Below, in pieces: positions 13,523-21,465 of a stretch of DNA of 64,000 nt. The stretch spans positions 608,001-672,000 of the forward strand of contig OY762721.1 of NCBI GenBank assembly GCA_963666345.1. The letters are read 5' to 3'. The translations under genes and the position numbers were made by a program. This DNA comes from Desulfatiglandales bacterium. GTDB lineage: Bacteria > Desulfobacterota > DSM-4660 > Desulfatiglandales > Desulfatiglandaceae. The notes beneath the pieces were generated by a model. The model searched no databases and had not been told where the DNA came from. It saw nothing but the letters and a program-made list of their open reading frames with translations. Every line of letters starts with the position of its first letter. Within the stretch, counting starts at the first letter, position 1.

Positions 13523-14122
13523 ATGCCGAATGAAATAGACTGCAGGGGGCTTGCCTGCCCTGCCCCGGTACTTAACACAAAAAGGCTCATTGAAAACCAG
13601 AATCCTGATGTGGTCAAAGTGACCGTGGACAACGAGGCTGGACGGCAGAACGTCACACGATTTCTGGAAACTCAAAATTTCAAGGTATCAGTAGAAATGG
13701 AGGGGGAACTCTTTCATATAACGGGAAGCAAAGACAAGGGATCCGACATTGACAAAGTTGAAGCGTCTCCTGATGAAGCGGAAAAGAAAAAAATCATGGT
13801 CATGGTGACAAACAATCTCATGGGCCATGGAGATAATGAGCTTGGATCAAAACTCATAAAGAGTTTTCTCAACACCCTGAATGAGATGGGTGAAGAACTA
13901 TGGCGTCTCGTATTCGTAAATAACGGAGTAAAGCTTACCATCGAGGAATCGGAGGTCCTTCCGACCTTAAACCAACTCGAGGAAAACGGCATATATATAA
14001 TGGTCTGCGGCACATGTCTGACACACTTTGACCTGCTCGACAGAAAAAAGGCGGGCGAAACCACCAACATGCTTGATATTGTAACCGCCATGCAGCTTGC
14101 AGACAAAGTTATCACCTTGTAG
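13523..14122 (+). CDS. yedF: Sulfurtransferase-like selenium metabolism protein YedF (TusA + DsrE-like domains)
   Basis: DCRGLACPAPV TusA motif, C-terminal GDNELG..L and VCGTCL. Follows selD. Confidence 0.9.
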   Translation: MPNEIDCRGLACPAPVLNTKRLIENQNPDVVKVTVDNEAGRQNVTRFLETQNFKVSVEMEGELFHITGSKDKGSDIDKVEASPDEAEKKKIMVMVTNNLMGHGDNELGSKLIKSFLNTLNEMGEELWRLVFVNNGVKLTIEESEVLPTLNQLEENGIYIMVCGTCLTHFDLLDRKKAGETTNMLDIVTAMQLADKVITL

Positions 14123-14271
14123 CTGGTACCAGGTTGCGGAAATCCGAGTCATGTCATTTCGACCGCAGAAAGAAATCGTCTTTAGTGTTATCGAAGGCCT
14201 GCACGCCAGCAACCTCGTCCCTTCAAAATAATACTTACACACACAATCAATTATCAGTTAGCATCCAGGGC

Positions 14272-14310
14272 CTTTTGCCGATATCTGTTTCAATCCAAGC
14301 AATTGCTTGT
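14272..14310. repeat. Degenerate dispersed repeat, inverted copy of 19367-19406
   Basis: CTTTTGCCGATATCTGTTTCAATCCAAGCAATTGCTTGT aligns with the reverse complement of 19367-19406 at 30 of 40 columns (manual alignment). Confidence 0.5.
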
Positions 14311-14451
14311 TTTTCTTTGCTTCGCCAAATCCCACTCGACAGGCTCGAGGCTGCAAATCCAACCACTTTTCGCCTGCGGCGGCCTGGAGGGGGGGTGAAA
14401 CCGTGTAATGCAGTAACATAATCCCGGCGATCCTCCCCGCCGTAGCCTCTT

Positions 14452-15612
14452 TTAAACGGCCTGTCTGATCAGGCTCAATTCTTTCATGACGAGGTCGTGA
14501 AACAACGGCCTGAAAGACCTGATCTTTTCGTTGTCACGGCTCGGGTGTATCCGGTTTGTAAGAAGTATGACGATCACATCCTTTTCAAGGTCCATCCAGA
14601 GGGAGGTACCTGTAAATCCAAGATGCCCGAAACTTTTGGAGGAGAAATGACTCCCGGCGCTCGAATTTTCAGGAGACGGCGTATCCCATCCAAGTGCCCA
14701 TGTGCTTTCAGGTACGACCTTCTGTTTTATTAAGAATTCATTTAATGTCTCAATACTGAGGAAGTCGTCCCTTGATCCCGTGAGATGGGCTCTTATCATA
14801 TCTACCAGAGCATACACATCCCCTGCCGTTGCAAAGAGTCCTGAGTGCCCGGAATAACCTCCCATGGCATAGGCATTTTCATCATGAACCTCACCCTGAA
14901 TAACCCTTCTTCTCCAAGGGCAATCCTCTGTGGCCGCGAACAGAACCTTTTTCGGAGAATCGGTCCTGGAATTGATTCCCAGGAAGGTCCTCTTAAGCCC
15001 CATGGGCCGGTAAAAATACCGGTCCAGATATTTGTTTAAAGATTCGCCGGTCGTATGTTCAATCAACCATTCCAGAAGCATGAAACCGAGATCACTGTAC
15101 AGGCTCTTTGTTCCAGGCCTATAGGCCAGAGGCCGTCTGAGCAAAAGCCCTCTTAGCAGGGTCTTTCTTTTTTCAGGGGGCTCTTCGCAGATAAGCCTGT
15201 AAAAGGGCTGCCATGCCTCAAACCCGGCCGAATGGCAAAGAATGAGGCGCGGTGTAATTTTCCGCTTATCCTCGGGAATAGGCCCCGTTATAATCTCATT
15301 CAGTGGGCGGTCCAATGCCAGCGCACCCGAATCGATGAGTTTCATAAGGGCAAGCGTAGTTGACAGAGGCTTGGTAAGAGACGCCAGATCAAAAACAGTA
15401 TCCACTTTCATGGGCAGTTTGCTTGGGATCAAAGCCCTGTGCCCGACAGCCTTCAGATAGATTTTACGCCCTCCCTCCGCTACCAGACAGACTGCGCCCG
15501 GATAGACCTTCTCAGACACCCCTTGTTCCAGGACAGCGTCAATCGCCTCTCCTATCTTTTTTCCCATCTGAATTCCCTTGTCAGGGTAGTTTTTTTGCTC
15601 CCATTGAGTCAT
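14452..15612 (-). CDS. Serine hydrolase, beta-lactamase/AmpC-like family
   Basis: FDLASLTK (SxxK), YSDLGF, GEVHDENA, GHLGFTGTS. Confidence 0.9.
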   Translation of the reverse strand: MTQWEQKNYPDKGIQMGKKIGEAIDAVLEQGVSEKVYPGAVCLVAEGGRKIYLKAVGHRALIPSKLPMKVDTVFDLASLTKPLSTTLALMKLIDSGALALDRPLNEIITGPIPEDKRKITPRLILCHSAGFEAWQPFYRLICEEPPEKRKTLLRGLLLRRPLAYRPGTKSLYSDLGFMLLEWLIEHTTGESLNKYLDRYFYRPMGLKRTFLGINSRTDSPKKVLFAATEDCPWRRRVIQGEVHDENAYAMGGYSGHSGLFATAGDVYALVDMIRAHLTGSRDDFLSIETLNEFLIKQKVVPESTWALGWDTPSPENSSAGSHFSSKSFGHLGFTGTSLWMDLEKDVIVILLTNRIHPSRDNEKIRSFRPLFHDLVMKELSLIRQAV

Positions 15613-15782
15613 CTCTTTCCTCTACATCCCTTTATATATGACAAAAAGCCTTGGAATAGGTTGCCGGATGTGTTAATAGGCATTTTCTGCTCTAATCCAG
15701 CGATCAACACTTCGAGCGGATCTTTTTTAAAAAATCCACAAAAAGGAATAATTCCAGGCGCATTATAACCTGAATACAAGCA

Positions 15783-16943
15783 ATGGACAACAGCGATACG
15801 CATCATCTTCTGACAGAAGGTAAAGAGATAATACTTATAGGCACCGCTCACGTATCAAGGAAAAGCTCCGAACAGGTAAGAACCTCCATAGAAAAAGAGA
15901 AACCGGATACCGTGTGTATAGAACTTTGCCGGTCAAGGTATCAATCGATCATCCAGAAAACCAAATGGCAGGATACTAATCTGATAAAGGTTATAAAGGA
16001 AAAGAAGGCCTTTCTCCTTCTGTCCAATCTCATGCTCGCATCCTTTCAGAAAAGGATCGGTAAAAAGCTTGGCATTAAGCCGGGAGAGGAGATACTGACC
16101 GCCATAGATGCGGCAAAATCCGTTGGATCGGCCATACATCTTGCTGACAGGGATATTCGAACCACCCTTTCAAGGATATGGGGTGAAACAAGGCTGTGGA
16201 ATAAAATCAAATTACTGGCGAGCCTGCTTACTTCGATGGGGGAACTGGATGAAATAAGTGAAGAAGATATCGAGAAGATGAAGGAAAAAGATGTCCTTGA
16301 GGCCCTTCTCTCTGAAATGGGGGAATCACTTCCGGAGGTAAGACGTATTCTCATTGATGAAAGAGATCAATATCTGGCCGAAAGGATAAGAAAGGCGCCC
16401 GGTGAAAAAATTATCGCAGTTGTCGGTGCAGGCCATGTCCCGGGCATATTAAGATACTGGGATAAGCCTGTTGATATTGATGCCCTTGAGACTATCCCCC
16501 CCAAAAAAAAGTTCCTCAGGTTATTCAAGTGGGGCATTCCGGCTGCCATACTTCTTCTCATCGCGGCAGGTTTTTTCTGGGCCGGCTCTTCAGGAGGCAC
16601 CCACATGATCAAATGGTGGGTCTTAACCAATTCGGTTTTTTCCGGACTGGGGGCGGCCTTGGCCTTTGCTCATCCCCTCACAGTGATATCGGCCATATTT
16701 GCCGCCCCTCTCACGTCACTTAATCCGATGATAGCCGCAGGTTGGGTGGCAGGCCTTGTGGAGGTAATGATGGGGAAACCTAAGGTAAGAGATTTTGAAA
16801 AGCTTCCCGAGGATATTTCCTCTTTTAAGGGTTTCTGGAAGAACAAGATAACCCGCATACTCCTGGTGGTTGTTTTCACCAATATCGGAAGTTCGGTCGG
16901 GACCTTCGTGGCGATCCCAATAATGGCGAAGGCCTTTGCCTAA
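15783..16943 (+). CDS. TraB/GumN (PrgY-like) family membrane protein
   Basis: IGTAHVS, VCIEL, LIDERD, VVGAGHVPG, C-terminal TM segments. Confidence 0.9.
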   Translation: MDNSDTHHLLTEGKEIILIGTAHVSRKSSEQVRTSIEKEKPDTVCIELCRSRYQSIIQKTKWQDTNLIKVIKEKKAFLLLSNLMLASFQKRIGKKLGIKPGEEILTAIDAAKSVGSAIHLADRDIRTTLSRIWGETRLWNKIKLLASLLTSMGELDEISEEDIEKMKEKDVLEALLSEMGESLPEVRRILIDERDQYLAERIRKAPGEKIIAVVGAGHVPGILRYWDKPVDIDALETIPPKKKFLRLFKWGIPAAILLLIAAGFFWAGSSGGTHMIKWWVLTNSVFSGLGAALAFAHPLTVISAIFAAPLTSLNPMIAAGWVAGLVEVMMGKPKVRDFEKLPEDISSFKGFWKNKITRILLVVVFTNIGSSVGTFVAIPIMAKAFA

Positions 16944-16949
16944 AACAAC

Positions 16950-17444
16950 CTATTCCACCTCCAGGTCCCGGACATCAAGCATATCGGTAAGCATGTTCAA
17001 ACTTGCAACGATATCCTCTCTATCACTCTCGGAAAGTCTTTTAAGGCCATCAATGATCTTCTGCTGAATTGGAGGCGGAGCGTTTTCTGAAAGTTTTCTC
17101 CCTCTCTCGGTCAGTTCTATAGTTATAACCCTTCTGTCAGGAGAATTTCTTATGCGTCTCACAAAGGCCTTATGCTCAAGCCTGTCCACAATGCCTGTTA
17201 CCGTGCTTGACTTTACCAGGATATACTTTGCTATCTGAGAGGGAGGAAGAGGTCCATTTTCATATAGGGTCAGCAGACAATTAAGCTGGGGTGCGCTCAC
17301 CTGATACTTTTTTGTCAGCTCCTTTGTGTAGAGTTCTCCTGCCTGCATTAGTTTGCGTATGGAGAAGATGACTTCTCTGGTCTGGTCCTGATATATTTTC
17401 TTGTTCGAGCTATCGGACGGGATCATATGATGCGGCTGTCTCAA
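16950..17444 (-). CDS. MarR family transcriptional regulator
   Basis: wHTH STVTGIVDRLE...DRRVITIELT. Confidence 0.9.
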   Translation of the reverse strand: MRQPHHMIPSDSSNKKIYQDQTREVIFSIRKLMQAGELYTKELTKKYQVSAPQLNCLLTLYENGPLPPSQIAKYILVKSSTVTGIVDRLEHKAFVRRIRNSPDRRVITIELTERGRKLSENAPPPIQQKIIDGLKRLSESDREDIVASLNMLTDMLDVRDLEVE

Positions 17445-17598
17445 GATATTCCACCTTCTTTATTCAATTTTTTGTCAATTTGTAACATTAAAGCCCCCGC
17501 GGAGCAACAAAATACTGTCAGGGGCCCTGTTTATTCTTTGTTTTTACAAAAAAATCGTTGATCGTCATATTTGGTGTGGCCCCGGGTTCTCAAATCTG

Positions 17599-17766
17599 CT
17601 ATCTAGTGTTCATCCGTAAATCAAGATTTAAGGACTCACGCTATCAGCAACCAGCTCTCAGCAGTCAGTAAAACATCAGGGATATCAATTTATTGGTTCT
17701 CTGCTGATAGCTGACGGCTGAAAGCAACATCCGGAAATGATCCATTTCCGGATGGGAACTATCTAG
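17599..17766. mobile_element. MITE-like palindromic element with terminal inverted repeats
   Basis: TIRs 17604-17621 and 17744-17761 (14/18 match), CTATCTAG at both ends, internal 7-nt periodic repeats and a perfect 12-bp hairpin. No ORF. Confidence 0.6.
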
Positions 17767-17773
17767 GTCTGTC

Positions 17774-18412
17774 ATGAAATCATTAATAGAAGAAGTAAAA
17801 CTTCATTGTTATGAAACGCTTTCCGATTCCAATGGAAGCCATAACTGGGATCATACCTTAAGGGTATACAACCTATGCGCCCATATCGGCAAGGTGGAGA
17901 AAGCTGACATGGATGTATTGGCGATCTCCGCATATATGCACGACATAGGCCGATCTTATCAGGACGAATCAAAGGGGATCATCTGTCATGCGAAAAAGGG
18001 AGCGGAAATGGCTGAAGCATTTCTTGAAAAAAAGGCTCTTTCCGAGGGAAAAAGGAGAAACATAATCCACTGCATACTTGCCCACAGGTTCAGGGGCGAC
18101 ATGAGGCCCTCGACCCTGGAGGCAAAGGTCCTATTTGATGCGGACAAACTTGATTCGATAGGGGCAATAGGCATAGCAAGGGCCTTTCAGTTCGCAGGCG
18201 AAGTAGGGGCAAAGCTGCACACCGGTATGACACCTGAAAACACAAGACCCTATACAGAGGAAGACACGGGTTATCGAGAATTCAAGGTCAAGCTTTGCAA
18301 AATAAAGGACAGGATGCTGACTAAAGAGGGAAAACGTCTTGCAAAGGAGCGTCATGCCTTCATGGAAAACTATTTTAACCGGTTCATTGAGGAACATGCC
18401 GGCCTGAAATAG
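17774..18412 (+). CDS. HD domain phosphohydrolase
   Basis: SHNWDHT, MHDIG, DADKLDSIGAIG. Confidence 0.9.
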   Translation: MKSLIEEVKLHCYETLSDSNGSHNWDHTLRVYNLCAHIGKVEKADMDVLAISAYMHDIGRSYQDESKGIICHAKKGAEMAEAFLEKKALSEGKRRNIIHCILAHRFRGDMRPSTLEAKVLFDADKLDSIGAIGIARAFQFAGEVGAKLHTGMTPENTRPYTEEDTGYREFKVKLCKIKDRMLTKEGKRLAKERHAFMENYFNRFIEEHAGLK

Positions 18413-18452
18413 TGACTAAACGCAAAACCCTTATGATCAGGTACCAGTCCTA

Positions 18453-19064
18453 TTATTGATCAAGGAAATCTATAATCGACCTCTCCAATTGATCTGTTTT
18501 TCCTAAAAAAAAGTGGTCCGCCCCCTGAATCACATCGAATCTGGCACAAGGATTCCAGACAGGGATCAACTCCTTTATCATATGAGGGGGCGCTATTTCA
18601 TCATCCTGCCCTGAGACTATCATCTCTATCCTTTGATTATATCGAAGGGATGAAAAATCCATGAAATTCACCGGCGGGGATACCATGACCAGCCTTCTCG
18701 CAGCAGAGAAACGATCTATACCCATAGAATTTATCCAGACACCGAAGGAGTAACCTGCAAGGTCCAACTCCGTTATCCCGATTGAACCCATAAATGATAT
18801 AACCGCCGCCACATCGTCCTGTTCCCCTAAACCCTCCCCATAGGTCCCGCCGCTCCGGCCGACGCCTCTAAAATTAAACCTCAGAGTCGTATAGCCCTTT
18901 TCTCTATAGGCACCGGCTATCACATCAACCACGTTATTGTTCATATCGCCTCCGTAAAGAGGGTGGGGGTGGGTCACAACGACGCCCTTGGCACCAGGCA
19001 TCTCTGCTAATAGGCCTTCCAGTTCGCAGCCCCTTGACCTTATGGAGATCCTTTCCTCAGTCAT
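18453..19064 (-). CDS. Alpha/beta hydrolase
   Basis: HPHPLYGGDM, FNFRGVG, GYSFG nucleophile elbow, GADHFF. Confidence 0.9.
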   Translation of the reverse strand: MTEERISIRSRGCELEGLLAEMPGAKGVVVTHPHPLYGGDMNNNVVDVIAGAYREKGYTTLRFNFRGVGRSGGTYGEGLGEQDDVAAVISFMGSIGITELDLAGYSFGVWINSMGIDRFSAARRLVMVSPPVNFMDFSSLRYNQRIEMIVSGQDDEIAPPHMIKELIPVWNPCARFDVIQGADHFFLGKTDQLERSIIDFLDQ

Positions 19065-19254
19065 TTTGCTTATACCCTTTTAAGAGATGTCTGATAAGCC
19101 TATTTTATATCTTGAAATGTTTCTTATCAACAATGGATAGAGTTCCCTGATCTTGTAAAAGGTTGCCCATTTCCGGATCCAAAAATTACTTGCACTCAGA
19201 TTCTATTTGGTCCCTACCCGGAAATCAAATGATAGGAACCGATAAGTCCCCCCA

Positions 19255-19420
19255 AATGAAGATTTTGGCCAAGATCAAAGAAACCGGGAACCAGCTGCAC
19301 GGCAGTGGGGCTGAGCAAAGAGGGGAAATCAAGCAATTGGGCGGAAACTGAGATATGGTACATGGCACGAACAATTGTTAAGGTTGACACAGATATTGGG
19401 CAAGAGAACCATTTCTGTAA
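19255..19420. repeat. Degenerate palindromic intergenic repeat
   Basis: Arms TTGGCCAAGATC / GATATTGGGCAA and inner CAATTG copies. The right part matches 14272-14310 in inverted orientation. Confidence 0.45.
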
Positions 19421-19630
19421 AAAACTATTTATGGGCTGGACCAAAAAAGGAGTAACCGCATGGGTCGAATCCTCGAATTATTATAATTTGAATCATGTTT
19501 GAAATAAACAATTTTTCGGGAGGTGCTCCATAATTTTATTAAATTCAATTATTTTTTTTTGACAAAAGGCAAATCTCTGCTATAAAGGGTTAAAAGATTT
19601 AATAGAAGTGAAAGGAGGCAAGAAAGCTAT

Positions 19631-20137
19631 ATGAATCCGACAGGCCCCCTCAAGAATAAGGTTGTCCTGGTTGTAGATGACGAGCCGGATATAATTGAAA
19701 CCATAGAAGAAGAACTTGATATGTGCCTTATTCACAAGGCCAATGATTATGATACGGCTCTTCAGTACCTTCTGAGCTATACCTACGATATAGTTATCCT
19801 CGACATTATGGGGGTAAACGGTTTCGAGCTTTTGAAAATTGCCGTTTCCAGAGGGTTTCCCACTGTCATGCTGACTGCGCATGCCCTTTCACCTGAATCT
19901 CTCAAGATATCGATTCGGCTGGGTGCGCTTTCATTTCTTCCGAAAGAGAAGATGCCTGAACTCAAATCCTTTCTTGAAGATATCGTGCTTGGGGGCGGAA
20001 GGCCTGTGTGGAAAAAGCTTTTTGATAAACTGGGTGGATATTTCGACAAACGATTCGGCCCTGACTGGAAAGAAAGAGATCGTTTTTTCCAGGAGTTCGA
20101 GGAAGAGCTGGAAAAAAGTATCGAAGGCAATTCCTGA
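19631..20137 (+). CDS. Response regulator (receiver domain + short C-terminal extension)
   Basis: VLVVDDE, ILDIMGVNG phospho-Asp, TAH, PK. Confidence 0.88.
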   Translation: MNPTGPLKNKVVLVVDDEPDIIETIEEELDMCLIHKANDYDTALQYLLSYTYDIVILDIMGVNGFELLKIAVSRGFPTVMLTAHALSPESLKISIRLGALSFLPKEKMPELKSFLEDIVLGGGRPVWKKLFDKLGGYFDKRFGPDWKERDRFFQEFEEELEKSIEGNS

Positions 20138-20484
20138 TATCTTCTGATGTCATCCATTAAACCCCATTATTACGGTTACCATTGCTTCTGTTCCAGAGTC
20201 TGGTAACCGAATTTCTATCTTCCCGCCTCATCAGCTTGAATAACTCCGGGACTTGTTTCCCTCCCTTCAGCATTATATATAATAAAAAAATTTTTGTGTT
20301 TTCCCGCCCAATCACTTGACGGGGAAGGTTTAAGTAGCCGGGGAGTCCATTAAGCTCACCCTTTTTTTATTGACATCTGTCTTTTGAAGACGGTATTGAC
20401 TCAGACCGTGTTTTAAAAGGCTACCGGGGTCTTCGAGGTTCGGCTCCGGATCAATTACAAATTTAAACAAGGAGGAGCATCAAA

Positions 20485-20865
20485 TTGGCAAAATTAACTG
20501 AAGAGGCGATCAAGGCCTGGGATGACAGAGAAGGCCCGGTGATATTTACAACGGTAGACAAAGATGGTGTCCCGAACAGTATCTACGTAACATGCGTAAA
20601 AAAGATAGCAGACGACAAAATCGTGGTGGCTGACAATAAATTTCATAAGACAAGGGAAAATATAATATCAGGTACCAAGGCGAGTCTGCTGTATATCACA
20701 GCCAAGAAAAAGGCATATCAACTCAAAGGATCAATCGATTATCTGACTGAAGGCCAGGTATACGATGACATGAAGGAAGGATGGCTTGACAAGAAAATGC
20801 CGGGGAAAGGAGCGACTCTGGTACATATAGAGGAAATTTACAGCGGCGCTGAAAAACTGGCCTAA
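20485..20865 (+). CDS. Pyridoxamine 5'-phosphate oxidase-like FMN-binding protein
   Basis: TVDKDGVPN, ADNKFHKTRENI, YQLKG, IEEIYSG. TTG start after AAGGAGG. Confidence 0.82.
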   Translation: MAKLTEEAIKAWDDREGPVIFTTVDKDGVPNSIYVTCVKKIADDKIVVADNKFHKTRENIISGTKASLLYITAKKKAYQLKGSIDYLTEGQVYDDMKEGWLDKKMPGKGATLVHIEEIYSGAEKLA

Positions 20866-21041
20866 AGTCCTCAACAAAAACAGTGGGGAACGGCATGAAG
20901 AACACAATGTGATATCATGGCCGCTCCCCATTTTCAGCTATCACATCTCTAAAAGCGCCTCACTGCATTTCAGGACCGGCACCATGCCGCAGACGTGGAA
21001 AGAATATTCACCGGTGTTGTGCGATAAAAACAAAAAAAGCC

Positions 21042-21386
21042 CTAAAGTTTTCCCATCTCGTCCAGCAGTTGAATGACTTTCAGGGTTTCGGCTATACCTG
21101 TGGTGCCGCTCATGCTGACAACAACCGCACAGGTCTCAAGGATTTCTTCCACTGTCGCCCCGGCCTCAAGTGCCAATGATGTCTGAGCGGTTATGCAGTT
21201 CTGGCATTCAGCCCTCAGGGCTACCGAAAGGGACATAAGCCTTTTCATTTTAAGACTCAGTGCCCCCTCTTTATAGACCTCTTCCCGTATGTGGCCAAAG
21301 GCCTTCTCAAGATCAGGAAGGACCGTTGCGAATTTTTCCTTATATTTTATGCGATTTTTTTCCAGTTCCAGTTGGCTCACACCCAT
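21042..21386 (-). CDS. Carboxymuconolactone decarboxylase/AhpD family protein
   Basis: EGALSLKMKRL, CQNC (CxxC), GATVEEILE. Confidence 0.85.
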   Translation of the reverse strand: MGVSQLELEKNRIKYKEKFATVLPDLEKAFGHIREEVYKEGALSLKMKRLMSLSVALRAECQNCITAQTSLALEAGATVEEILETCAVVVSMSGTTGIAETLKVIQLLDEMGKL

Positions 21387-21465
21387 AACCTGTCTCCTTT
21401 AAAAATTCACGGACACGTAACCAGCGCGAGACACGCCTTTTTGCCAAAAGGCATATAATTGTCTG

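Noticed and set aside
14452..15612. Serine hydrolase as an antibiotic-resistance beta-lactamase
   Set aside because: No signal peptide, and the YSD/HLG motifs fit cytoplasmic esterase or peptidoglycan-recycling members of the family.
15783..16943. TraB-family gene as evidence of a conjugative element
   Set aside because: TraB/PrgY/GumN proteins are common chromosomal genes, and no T4SS, relaxase or integrase is nearby.
19163..19502. Short ORFs as a transposase remnant
   Set aside because: No DDE/HUH motifs; the region is better explained as a decayed non-coding repeat.
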